Assembly (NCBI RefSeq): GCF_964355755.1
Contig: NC_092671.1
Span: 22,089,317-22,153,316 of the forward strand
Length of the DNA: 64,000 nt
Origin: Antedon mediterranea
Lineage: Eukaryota; Animalia; Echinodermata
Direction of reading: 5' to 3'
Shown: positions 1 to 13,900 of the stretch, piece after piece
How positions within the stretch are numbered: the stretch's first letter is position 1
How the letters are laid out: the number at the start of each line of letters is the position of its first letter
Made by a program: the position numbers and the translations under genes
Notes under the pieces: model-generated
The model's input: only the letters and a program-made list of their open reading frames with translations
Told to the model about the DNA's origin: nothing
The model's database searches: none

Positions 1-904
1 CCATTTTGAGCATATCGATAAAACTTTTTACACAAAACACCAAAGTGCTTAGAATAGCTTCAAATCGCATTTGGAGACGTTTTAGACCATTTTGTGATTT
101 TCGACAAAACTTTTTCACACAAAACACCAAAGTGCTTAGAATACCTTCAAATCGCATTTGGAGACGTTTTAGACCATTTTGTGATTTTCGAAAAAACTTG
201 TTAACATAAAAACATCAAAGTGTACAGAATAGCTTCAAATCGCATTTGGAGACGTTTTAGACCATTTTGTGATTTTCGAAAAAACTTGTTAACATAAAAA
301 CACCAAAGTGCTTAGAATAGCTTCAAATCGCATTAGGAGACGTTTTAGACCATTTTGTTATTTTCGAAAAAACTTGTTAACATAAAAACACCAAAATGTT
401 TAGAATAGCTTCAAATCGCATTTGTAGACGTTTTAGACCATTTTGTGATTTTCGAAAAAACTTGTTAACACAAAAACACCAAAGTGATTAGAATAGCTTC
501 AAATCGCATTTGGAGACGTTTTAGACCATTTTGTGCATTTCGATGAAACTTGGTTACGCAAAAACATCAAAGTGCTTAAAATCACATTATAAACCGTTTT
601 AGACCATTTTGAGCATATCGATAACACTTTTCACACAAAAACATCAAAGAGCACAATATAGCTTAATATCGTATTTAAAAACGTTTTAGACCATTTTGAG
701 CAATTCGACAAAACTTTTTCACACAAAACACCAAAGTGCTTAGAATAGCTTCAAATCGCATTTGGAGACGTTTTAGACCATTTTGTGATTTTCGAAAAAA
801 CTTGTTAACATAAAAACATCAAAGGGCTAAGAATAGCTTCAAATCGCATTTGGAGACATTTTAGACCAATTAGTGATTTTCGAAAAAACTTGGTTACACA
901 AAAA

Positions 905-1916
905 CATCAAAGTGGTTAAAATCACATTATAAACCGTTTTAGACCATTTTGAGCATATCGATAAAATTTTTTACACAAAAACATCAAAGAGCACAAAATA
1001 GCTTAATATCGTATTTGGAAACGTTTTAGAACATTTTGTGATTTTCGAAAAAACTTGTTAACATAAAACACCAAAGTGTACAGAATAGCTTCAAATCGCA
1101 TTTGGAGACATTTTAGACCAATTTGTGATTTTCGAAAAAACTTGTTAACATAAAAACACCAAAGTGCTAAGAATAGCTTCAAATCGCATTTGGAGACATT
1201 TTAGACCAATTTGTGATTTTCGAAAAAACTTGGTTACACAAAAACATCAAAGTGCTTAAAATCACATTATAAAACCGTTTTAGACCATTTTGAGCATTTC
1301 GATAACACTTTTCACACAAAAACATCAAAGAGCATAAAATAGGTTAATATCGTATTTAAAAACGTTTTAGACCATTTTGAGCATTTCGATGAAACTTGGT
1401 TACGCAAAAACATCAAAGTGCTTAAAATCACATTATAAACCGTTTTAGACCATTTTGAGCATATCGATAAAATTTTTTACACAAAAACATCAAAGAGCAC
1501 AAAATAGCTTAATATCGTATTTGGAAACGTTTTAGAACATTTTGTGATTTTCGAAAAAACTTGTTAACATAAAACACCAAAGTGTACAGAATAGCTTCAA
1601 ATCGCATTTGGAGACATTTTAGACCAATTTGTGATTTTCGAAAAAACTTGTTAACATAAAAACACCAAAGTGCTAAGAATAGCTTCAAATCGCATTTGGA
1701 GACATTTTAGACCAATTTGTGATTTTCGAAAAAACTTGGTTACACAAAAACATCAAAGTGCTTAAAATCACATTATAAAACCGTTTTAGACCATTTTGAG
1801 CATTTCGATAACACTTTTCACACAAAAACATCAAAGAGCATAAAATAGGTTAATATCGTATTTAAAAACGTTTTAGACCATTTTGAGCATTTCGATGAAA
1901 CTTGGTTACGCAAAAA
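905..1916 (+). repeat. 506-bp six-monomer higher-order unit, two tandem copies
   Basis: B monomer starts at 905 and 1411, with the same downstream variants in both (GATAAAATTTTT, TATTTGGAAACG, AATAGGTTAAT). Confidence 0.8.
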
Positions 1917-4900
1917 CATCAAAGTGCTTAAAATCACATTATAATAGCTTCAAATCGCATTTGGAGACGTTTTAGACCATTTTGTGATTTTCGAAAAAAC
2001 TTGTTAACATAAAAACACCAAAATGTTTAGAATAGCTTCAAATCGCATTTGTAGACGTTTTATACCATTTTGTGATTTTCGAAAAAACTTGTTAACACAA
2101 AAACACCAAAGTGATTAGAATAGCTTCAAATCGCATTTGGAGACGTTTTAGACCATTTTGTGCATTTCGATGAAACTTGGTTACGCAAAAACATCAAAGT
2201 GCTTAAAATCACATTATAAACCGTTTTAGACCATTTTGAGCATATCGATAACACTTTTCACACAAAAACATCAAAGAGCACAATATAGCTTAATATCGTA
2301 TTTAAAAACGTTTTAGACCATTTTGAGCAATTCGACAAAACTTTTTCACACAAAACACCAAAGTGCTTAGAATAGCTTCAAATCGCATTTGGAGACGTTT
2401 TAGACCATTTTGTGATTTTCGAAAAAACTTGTTAACATAAAAACATCAAAGGGCTAAGAATAGCTTCAAATCGCATTTGGAGACATTTTAGACCAATTAG
2501 TGATTTTCGAAAAAACTTGGTTACACAAAAACATCAAAGTGGTTAAAATCACATTATAAACCGTTTTAGACCATTTTGAGCATATCGATAAAATTTTTTA
2601 CACAAAAACATCAAAGAGCACAAAATAGCTTAATATCGTATTTGGAAACGTTTTAGAACATTTTGTGATTTTCGAAAAAACTTGTTAACATAAAACACCA
2701 AAGTGTACAGAATAGCTTCAAATCGCATTTGGAGACATTTTAGACCAATTTGTGATTTTCGAAAAAACTTGTTAACATAAAAACACCAAAGTGCTAAGAA
2801 TAGCTTCAAATCGCATTTGGAGACATTTTAGACCAATTTGTGATTTTCGAAAAAACTTGGTTACACAAAAACATCAAAGTGCTTAAAATCACATTATAAA
2901 ACCGTTTTAGACCATTTTGAGCATTTCGATAACACTTTTCACACAAAAACATCAAAGAGCATAAAATAGGTTAATATCGTATTTAAAAACGTTTTAGACC
3001 ATTTTGAGCATTTCGATGAAACTTGGTTACGCAAAAACATCAAAGTGCTTAAAATCACATTATAATAGCTTCAAATCGCATTTGGAGACGTTTTAGACCA
3101 TTTTGTGATTTTCGAAAAAACTTGTTAACATAAAAACACCAAAATGTTTAGAATAGCTTCAAATCACATTTGGAGACGTTTTAGACCATTTTGTGATTTT
3201 CGAAAAAACTTGTTAACACAAAAACACCAAAGTGATTAGAATAGCTTCAAATCGCATTTGGAGACGTTTTAGACCAATTTGTGCATTTCGATGAAACTTG
3301 GTTACGCAAAAACATCAAAGTGCTTAAAATCACATTATAAACCGTTTTAGACCATTTTGAGCATATCGATAACACTTTTCACACAAAAACATCAAAGAGC
3401 ACAATATAGCTTAATATCTTATTTAAAAACGTTTTAGACCATTTTGAGCATTTCGACAAAACTTTTTCACACAAAACACCAAAGTGCTTAGAATAGCTTC
3501 AAATCGCATTTGGAGACGTTTTAGACCATTTTGTGATTTTCGAAAAAACTTGTTAACATAAAAACACCAAAGTGCTTAGAATAGCTTCAAATCGCATTTG
3601 GAGACGTTTTAGACCATTTTGTGATTTTCGAAAAAACTTGTTAACATAAAAACACCAAAGTGCTTAGAATAGCTTAACATCGCATTTGGAGACGTTTTAG
3701 ACCATTTTGTGATTTTCGAAAAAACTTGTTAACACAAAAACACCAAAGTGTTTAGAAAAGCTTCAAATCGCATTTGGAGACGTTTTAGACCATTTTGGGA
3801 TTTTCGAAAAAACTTGTTAACATAAAAACACCAAAGTGCTTAGAATAGCTTCAAATCGCATTTGGAGACGTTTTAGACCATTTTGTAATTTTCAAAAAAA
3901 CTTGTTAACATAAAAACACCAAAGTTCTTAGAATAGCTTCAAATCGCATTTGGAGACGTTTTAGACCATTTTGTGCATTTCGATGAAACTTGGTTACACA
4001 AAAACATCAAAGTGCTTAAAATCACATTATAAACCGTTTTAGACCATTTGAGCATTTCGATAACATTTTTCACACAAAACATCAAAGTGAACAGAATAGC
4101 TTAATATCCTATTTAAAAACGTTTTAGACCATTTTGAGCATTTCGACAAAAACTTTTTCACACAAAACACCAAAGTGCTTAGAATACCTTCAAATCGCAT
4201 TTGGAGACATTTTAGACCATTTTGTGATTTTCGAAAAAACTTGTTAACATAAAAACACCAAAGTGCTTAGAATAGCTTCAAATGGCATTGGGAGACGTTT
4301 TAGACCATTTTGTGATTTTCGAAAAAACTTGTTAACATAAAAACACCAAAGTGTTTAGAATAGCTTCAAATCGCATTTGGAGACGTTTTAGACCATTTTG
4401 TGATTTTCGAAAAAACTTGTTAACACAAAAACACCAAAGTGATTAGAATAGCTTCAAATCGCATTTGGAGACGTTTTAGACCATTTTGTGATTTTCGAAA
4501 AAACTTGTTAACATAAAAACACCAAAGTGCTTAGAATAGCTTCAAATCGCATTTGGAGACGTTTTAGACCATTTTGTGATTTTCGAAAAAACTTGTTAAC
4601 ACAAAAACACCAAAGTGTTTAGAAAAGCTTCAAATCGCATTTGGAGACGTTTTAGACCATTTTGGGATTTTCGAAAAGACTTGTTAACATAAAAACACCA
4701 AAGTGTTTAGAATACCTTCAAATCGCATTTGGAGACGTTTTAGACCATTTTGTGATTTTCGAAAAAACTTGTTAACACAAAAACACCAAAGTGATTAGAA
4801 TAGCTTCAAATCGCATTTGGAGACGTTTTAGACCATTTTGTGATTTTCGAAAAAACTTGTTAACATAAAAACATCAAAGTGTACAGAATAGCTTCAAATC

Positions 4901-7900
4901 GCATTTGGAGACGTTTTAGACCATTTTGTGATTTTCGAAAAAACTTGTTAACATAAAAACACCAAAGTGCTTAGAATACCTTCAAATCGCATTTGGAAAC
5001 GTTTTAGACCATTTTGTGATTTTCGAAAAAAAATGTTAACATAAAAACATCAAAGTGCTAAGAAAAGCTTCAAATCGCATTTGGAGACATTTTAGACCAA
5101 TTTGTGATTTTCGAAAAAACTTGGTTACACAAAAACATCAAAGTGCTTAAAATCACATTATAAACCGTTTCAGACCATTTTGAGCATTTCGACAAAACTT
5201 TTTCACACAAAACACCAAAGTTTACAGAATAGCTTAATATCGTATTTAAAAACGTTTTAGACCATTTTGTGATTTTCGACAAAACTTTTTCACACAAAAC
5301 ATCAAAGTGCTAAGAATAGCTTCCAATCGCATTTGGAAACATTTTAGACCAATTTGTGATTTTCGAAAAAACTTGGTTACACAAAAACATCAAAGTGCTT
5401 AAAATCACGATATAAAACCGTTTTAGACCATTTTGAGCATTTCGATAACACTTTTAACACAAAAACATCAAAGTGCTTAGAATCACGATATAAAACCGTT
5501 TTAGACTATTTTGAGCATTTCGATAACACTTTTAACACAAAAACATCAAAGTGCTTAGAATAGCTTCAAATCGCATTTGGAGACGTTTTAGACCATTTTG
5601 TGATTTTCGAAAAAACTTTTTAACATAAAAACACCAAAGTGCTAAGAATAGCTTCAAATCGCATATGGAGACAATTTAGACCATTTTGTGATTTTCGAAA
5701 AAACTTGCTAACATAAAAATACCAACGTGCTTAGAATAGCTTCAAATCGCATTTGGAGACCTTTTAGACCATTTTGTGATTTTCGAAAAAACTTGTTAAC
5801 ATAAAAACACCAAAGTGCTAAGAATAGCTTCAAATCGCATTTGGAGACATTTTAGACCAATTTGTGATTTTCGAAAAAACTTGGTTACACAAAAACATCA
5901 AAGTGCTTAAAATCACATTATAAAACCGTTTTAGACCATTTTGAGCATTTCGATAACACTTTTCACACAAAAACATCAAAGAGCATAAAATAGCTTAATA
6001 TCGTATTTAAAAACTTTTTAGACCATTTTGAGCATTTCGACAAAACTTTTTCACACAAAACACCAAAGTGTACAGAATAGCTTAATATCGTATTTAAAAA
6101 CGTTTTAGACCATTTTGTGATTTTCGACAAAACTTTTTCACACAAAGCACCAAAGTGCTTAGAATACCTTCAAATCGCATTTGGAGACGTTTTACACCAT
6201 TTTGTGATTTTGGAAAAAACTTGTAAACATAAAAACACCAAAGTTCTTAGTATAGCTTCAAATCGCATTTGGAGACGTTTTAGACCATTTTGTGATTTTC
6301 GAAAAAACTTGTTAACACAAAAACACCAAAGTGATTAGAATAGCTTCAAATCGCATTTGGAGACGTTTTAGACCGTTTTGTGCATTTCGATGAAACTTGG
6401 TTACGCAAAAACATCAAAGTGCTTAAAATCACATTATAAAACCGTTTTAGACCATTTTGAGCATTTCGATAACACTTTTCACACAAAAACATCAAAGAGC
6501 ACAACATAGCTTAATATCGTATTTAAAAACGTTTTAGACCATTTCGAGCATTTCGACAAAACTTTTTCACACAAAACACCAAAGTGCTTAGAATAGCTTC
6601 AAATCGCATTTGGAGACGTTTTAGACCATTTTGTGATTTTCGAAAAAACTTGTTAACACAAAAACACCAAAGTGTTTAGAATAGCTTCAATTCGCATTTG
6701 GAGACGTTTTAGACCATTTTGTGCATTTCGATGAAACTTGGTTACACAAAAACATCAAAGTCACATTATAAACCGTTTTAGACCATTTTGAGCATTTCGA
6801 TAACACTTTTCACACAAAAACATCAAAGAGCACAATATAGCTTAATATCGTATTTAAAAACGTTTTAGACCATTTTGAGCATTTCGACAAAACTTTTTCA
6901 CACAAAACACCAAAGTGCTTAGAATAGCTTCAAATCGCATTTGGAGACGTTTTAGACCATTTTGTTATTTTCGAAAAAACTTGTTAACATAAAAACATCA
7001 AAGTGTACAGAATAGCTTCAAATCGCATTTGGAGACGTTTTAGACCATGTTGTGATTTTCGAAAAAACTTGTTAACATAAAAACACCAAAGTGCTTAGAA
7101 TAGCTTAAAATCGCATTTGGAGACGTTTTAGACCATTTTGTGATTTTCGAAAAAACTTGTTAACATAAAAACACCAAAGTGCTTAGAATAGCTTCAAATC
7201 GCATTTGGAGACGTTTTAGACCATTTTGTGATTTTCGAAAAAACTTGTTGACATAAAAACACCAAAGTGCTTAGAATAGCTTCAAATCGCATTTGGAGAC
7301 GTTTTAGACCATTTTGTAATTTTCAAAAAAACTTAACATAAAAACACCAAAGTTCTTAGAATAGCTTCAAATCGCATTTGGAGACGTTTTAGAAAATTTT
7401 GTGATTTTCGAAAAAACTTGTTAACATAAAAACACCAAAGTGCTTAGAATAGCTTAAAATCGCATTTGGAGACGTTTTAGACCATTTTGTGATTTTCGAA
7501 AAAACTTGGTTACACAAAAACATCAAAGTGGTTAAAATCACATTATAAACCGTTTTAGACCATTTTGAGCATTTCGATAACACTTTTTACACAAAAACAT
7601 CAAAGAGCACAAAATAGCTTAATATCGTATTTAAAAACGTTTTAAACCATTTTGAGCATTTCGACAAAACTTTTTCACACAAAACACCAAAGTGTACAGA
7701 ATAGCTTCAAATCGCATTTGGAGACGTTTTAGACCATTTTGTGATTTTCGAAAAAACTTGTTAACATAAAAACACCAAAGTACATAGAATAGCTTCAAAT
7801 CGCATTTGGAGACGTTTTAGACCATTTTGTGATTTTCGAAAAAACTTGTTAACATAAAATCACCAAAGTACTTAGAATAGCTTCAAATCGCATTTTGAGA

Positions 7901-10900
7901 CGTTTTAGACCATTTTGTGATTTTCGAAAAAACTTGTTAACACAAAAACACCAAAGTGTTTAGAAAAGCTTCAAATCGCATTTGGAGACGTTTTAGACCA
8001 TTTTGGGATTTTCGAAAAAACTTGTTAACATAAAAACACCAAAGTGTTTAGAATAGCTTCAAATCGCATTTGGAGACGTTTTAGACCATTTTGTGATTTT
8101 CGAAAAAACTTGTTAACACAAAAACACCAAAGTGATTAGAATAGCTTCAAATCGCATTTGGAGACGTTTTAGACCATTTTGTGATTTTCGAAGAAACTTG
8201 TTAACATAAAAACATCAAAGTGTACAGAATAGCTTCAAATCGCATTTGGAGACGTTTTAGACCATTTTGTGATTTTCGAAAAAACTTGTTAACATAAAAA
8301 CACCAAAGTGCTTAGAATACCTTCAAATCGCATTTGGAGACGTTTTAGACCAATTTGTGATTTTCGAAAAAACTTGGTTACACAAAAACATCAAAGTGGA
8401 TAAAATCACATTATAAACCGTTTTAGACCATTTTGAGCATTTCGATAACACATTTCACACAAAAACATCAAAGAGCACAAAATAGCTTAATATCGTATTT
8501 AAAAACGTTTTAAACCATTTTGAGCATTTCGACAAAACTTTTTCACACAAAACACCAAAGTGTACAGAATAGCTTCAAATCGCATTTGGAGACGTTTTAG
8601 ACCATTTTGTGGTTTTCGAAAAAACTTGTTAATATAAAAACACCAAAGTACTTAGAATAACTTCAAATCGCATTTGGAGACGTTTTAGACCATTTTGTGA
8701 TTTTCGAAAAAACTTGTTAACATAAAAACACCAAAGTGATTAGAATAGCTTCAAATCGCATTTGGAGACGTTTTAGACCATTTTGTGATTTTCGAAAAAA
8801 CTTGTTAACATAAAAACACCAAAGTGCTTAGAATAGCTTCAAATCGCATTTGGAGACGTTTTAGACCATTTTGTAATTTTCAAAAAAACTTGTTAACATA
8901 AAAACACCAAAGTTCTTAGAATAGCTTCAAATCGCATTTGGAGACGTTTTAGACCATTTTGTGCATTTCGATGAAACTTGGTTACACAAAAACATCAAAG
9001 TGCTTAAAATCACATTATAAACCGTTTTAGACCATTTGAGCATTTCGATAACACTTTTCATACAAAAACATCAAAGAGCACAATATAGATTAATATCCTA
9101 TTTAAAAACGTTTTAGACCATTTTGAGCATTTCGACAAAACTTTTTCACACAAAACACCAAAGTGCTTAGAATACCTTCAAATCTTATTTGTTGACGTTT
9201 TAGACCATTTTGTGATTTTCGAAAAAACTTGTTAACATAAAAACATCAAAGTTTACAGAATAGCTTCAAATCGCATTTGGAGACGTTTTAGACAATTTTG
9301 TGATTTTCGAAAAAACTTGTTAACATAAAAACACCAAAGTGCTTAGAATAGCTTCAAATCGCATTGGGAGACGTTTTAGACCATTTTGTGATTTTCGAAA
9401 AAACTTGTTAACATAAAAACATCAAAGTGTACAGAATAGCTTCAAATCGCATTTGGAGACGTTTTAGACCATTTTGTGATTTTCGAAAAAACTTGTTAAC
9501 ATAAAAACACCAAAGTGCTTAGAATAGCTTCAAATCGCATTTGGAGACGTTTTAAACCATTTTGTGTTTTTCGAAAAAACTTGTTAACATAAAAACACCA
9601 AAATGTTTAGAATAGCTTCAAATCGCATTTGGAGACGTTTTAGACCATTTTGTGATTTTCGAAAAAACTTGTTAACATAAAAACACCAAAGTGATTAGAA
9701 TAGCTTCAAATCGCATTTGGAGACGTTTTAGACCATTTTGTGCATTTCGATGAAACTTGGTTACGCAAAAACATCAAAGTGCTTAAAATCACATTATAAA
9801 CCGTTTTAGACCATTTTGAGCATATCGATAAAACTTTTTACACAAAACACAAAAGTGCTTAGAATAGCTTCAAATCGCATTTGGAAACGTTTTAGAACAT
9901 TTTGTGATTTTCGAAAAAACTTGTTAACATAAAAACATCAAAGAGCACAAAATAGCTTAATATCGTATTTGGAAACGTTTTAGAACATTTTGTGATTTTC
10001 GAAAAAACTTGTTAACATAAAACACCAAAGTGTACAGAATAGCTTCAAATCGCATTTGGAGACATTTTAGACCAATTTGTGATTTCCGAAAAAACTTGTT
10101 AACATAAAAACACCAAAGTGCTAAGAATAGCTTTAAATCGCATTTGGAGACATTTTAGACCAATTTGTGATTTTCGAAAAAACTTGGTTACACAAAAACA
10201 TCAAATTGCTTAAAATCACATTATAAAACCGTTTTAGACCATTTTGAGCATTTCGATAACACTTTTCACACAAAAACATCAAAGAGCATAAAATAGGTTA
10301 ATATCGTATTTAAAAACGTTTTAGACCATTTTGAGCATTTCGACAAAACTTTTTCACACAAAACACCAAAGTGTACAGAATAGCTTAATATCGTATTTAA
10401 AAACGTTTTAGACCATTTTGTGATTTTCGAAAAAACTTGTTAACATAAAAACACCAAAGTGCTTAGAATAGCTTCAAATCGCATTGGGAGACGTTTTAGA
10501 CCATTTTGTGATTTTCGAAAAAACTTGTTAACATAAAAACATCAAAGTGTACAGAATAGCTTCAAATCGCATTTGGAGACGTTTTAGACCATTTTGTGAT
10601 TTTCGAAAAAAACTTGTTAACATAAAAACACCAAAGTGCTTAGAATAGCTTCAAATCGCATTTGGAGACGTTTTAGACCAATTTGTGATTTTCGAAAAAA
10701 CTTGGTTACACAAAAACATCAAAGTGGATAAAATCACATTATAAACCGTTTTAGACCATTTTGAGCATTTCGATAACACATTTCACAAAAAAACATCAAA
10801 GAGCACAAAATAGCTTAATATCGTATTTAAAAACGTTTTAAACCATTTTGAGCATTTCGACAAAACTTTTTCACACAAAACACCAATGTGTACAGAATAG

Positions 10901-13900
10901 CTTCAAATCGCATTTGGAGACGTTTTAGACCATTTTGTGATTTTCGAAAAAACTTGTTAATATAAAAACACCAAAGTACTTAGAATAGCTTCAAATCGCA
11001 TTTGGAGACGTTTTAGACCATTTTGTGATTTTCGAAAAAACTTGTTATCATAAAAACACCAAAGTTCTTAAAATAGCTTCAAATCGCATTTGGAGACGTT
11101 TAAGACCATTTTGTGATTTTCGAAAAAACTTGTTAACACAAAAACACCAAAGTGTTTAGAAAAGCTTCAAATCGCATTTGGAGACGTTTTAGACCATTTT
11201 GGGATTTTCGAAAAAACTTGTTAACATAAAAACACCAAAGTGCTTAGAATAGCTTCAAATCGCATTTGGAGACGTTTTAGACCATTTTGTAATTTTCAAA
11301 AAAACTTGTTAACATAAAAACACCAAAGTTCTTAGAATAGCTTCAAATCGCATTTGAAGACGTTTTAGACCATTTTGTGCATTTCGATGAAACTTGGTTG
11401 CACAAAAACATCAAAGTGCTTAAAATCACATTATAAACCGTTTTAGACCATTTGAGCATTTCGATAACACTTTTCACACAAAAACATCAAAGAGCACAAT
11501 ATAGATTAATATCCTATTTAAAAACGTTTTAGACCATTTTGAGCATTTCGACAAAACTTTTTCACACAAAACACCAAAGTGCTTAGAATACCTTCAAATC
11601 GCATTTGGAGACGTTTTAGACCATTTTGTGATTTTCGAAAAAACTTGTTAACATAAAAACATCAAAGTTTACAGAATAGCTTCAAATCGCATTTGGAGAC
11701 GTTTTAGACAATTTTGTGATTTTCGAAAAAACTTGTTAACATAAAAACACCAAAGTGCTTAGAATAGCTTCAAATCGCATTGGGAGACGTTTTAGACCAT
11801 TTTGTGATTTTGGAAAAAACTTGTTAACATAAAAACATCAAAGTGTACAGAATAGCTTCAAATCGCATTTGGAGACGTTTTAGACCATTTTGTGATTTTC
11901 GAAAAAACTTGTTAACATAAAAACACCAAAGTACTTAGAATAGCTTCAAATCGCATTTGGAGAAGTTTTAGACCATTTTGTGATTTTCGAAAAAACTTGT
12001 TAACATAAAAACACCAAAGTGATTAGAATAGCTTCAAATCGCATTTGGAGACGTTTTAGACCATTTTGTGCATTTCGATGAAACTTGGTTACGCAAAAAC
12101 ATCAAAGTGCTTAAAATCACATTATAAACCGTTTTAGACCATTTTGAGCATATCGATAAAACTTTTTACACAAAACACCAAAGTGCTTAGAATAGCTTCA
12201 AATCGCATTTGGAGACGTTTTAGACCATTTTGTGATTTTCGATGAAACTTGGTTACGCAAAAACATCAAAGTGCTTAAAATCACATTATAAACCGTTTTA
12301 GACCATTTTGAGCATATCGATAAAACTTTTTACACAAAACACCAAAGTGCTTAGAATAGCTTCAAATCGCATTTGGAGACGTTTTAGACCATTTTGTGAT
12401 TTTCGAAAAAACTTGTTAACATAAAAACACCAAAGTACTTAGAATAGCTTCAAATCGCATTTGGAGAAGTTTTAGACCATTTTGTGATTTTCGAAAAAAC
12501 TTGTTAACATAAAAACACCAAAGTGATTAGAATAGCTTCAAATCGCATTTGGAGACGTTTTAGACCATTTTGTGCATTTCGATGAAACTTGGTTACGCAA
12601 AAACATCAAAGTGCTTAAAATCACATTATAAACCGTTTTAGACCATTTTGAGCATATCGATAAAACTTTTTACACAAAACACCAAAGTGCTTAGAATAGC
12701 TTCAAATCGCATTTGGAGACGTTTTAGACCATTTTGTGATTTTCGAAAAAAACTTTTTAACATAAAAACACCAAACTGCTAAGAATAGCTTCAAATCGCA
12801 TATGGAGACAATTTAGACCATTTTGTGATTTTCGAAAAAACTTGTTAACATAAAAACACCAAAGTGCTTAGAATACCTTCAAATCGCATTTGGAGACGTT
12901 TAGACCATTTTGTGATTTTCGAAAAAACTTGTTAACATAAAAACATCAAAGTGCTAAGAATAGCTTCCAATCGCATTTGGAGACATTTTAGACCATTTTG
13001 TGCATTTCGAAAAAACTTGGTTACGCAAAAACATCAAAGTGCTTAAAATCACATTATAAACCGTTTTAGACCATTTTGAGCATATCGATAACACTTTTCA
13101 CACAAAAACATCAAAGAGCACAATATAGCTTAATATCGTATTTAAAAACGTTTTAGACCATTTTGAGCATTTCGACAAAACTTTTTCACACAAAACACCA
13201 AAGTGCTTAGAATAGCTTCAAATCGCATTTGGAGACGTTTTAGACCATTTTGTGATTTTCGAAAAAACTTGTTAACATAAAAACATCAAAGGGCTAAGAA
13301 TAGCTTCAAATCGCATTTGGAGACATTTTAGACCAATTAGTGATTTTCGAAAAAACTTGGTTACACAAAAACATCAAAGTGGTTAAAATCACATTATAAA
13401 CCGTTTTAGACCATTTTGAGCATTTCGATAACACTTTTCACACAAAAACATCAAAGTGCTTAGAATAGCTTCAAATCGCATTTGGAGACGTTTTAGACCA
13501 TTTTGTGATTTTCGAAAAAAACTTTTTAACATAAAAATACCAAACTGCTAAGAATAGCTTCAAATCGCATATGGAGACAATTTAGACCATTTTGTGATTT
13601 TCGAAAAAACTTGTTAACATAAAAACACCAAAGTGCTTAGAATACCTTCAAATCGCATTTGGAGACGTTTTAGACCATTTTGTGATTTTCGAAAAAACTT
13701 GTTAACATAAAAACATCAAAGTGCTAAGAATAGCTTCAAATCGCATTTGGAGACATTTTAGACCAATTAGTGATTTTCGAAAAAACTTGGTTACACAAAA
13801 ACATCAAAGTGGTTAAAATCACATTATAAACCGTTTTAGACGATTTTGAGCATTTCGATAACACTTTTCACACAAAAACATCAAAGTGCTTAGAATAGCT

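Noticed and set aside
538-554. CENP-B-box-like TTTCGATGAAACTTGGT in the monomer preceding B
   Set aside because: It has TTCG and the central A but TTGG instead of the essential CGGG, so binding is not expected and the match is plausible by chance.
7329-7342. 3-bp deletion CTTGTTAA>CTTAA next to the TTAA site (also 61728, 63104) as an excision scar
   Set aside because: It is simply explained by slippage between the two TT dinucleotides, and no duplicated target remains.
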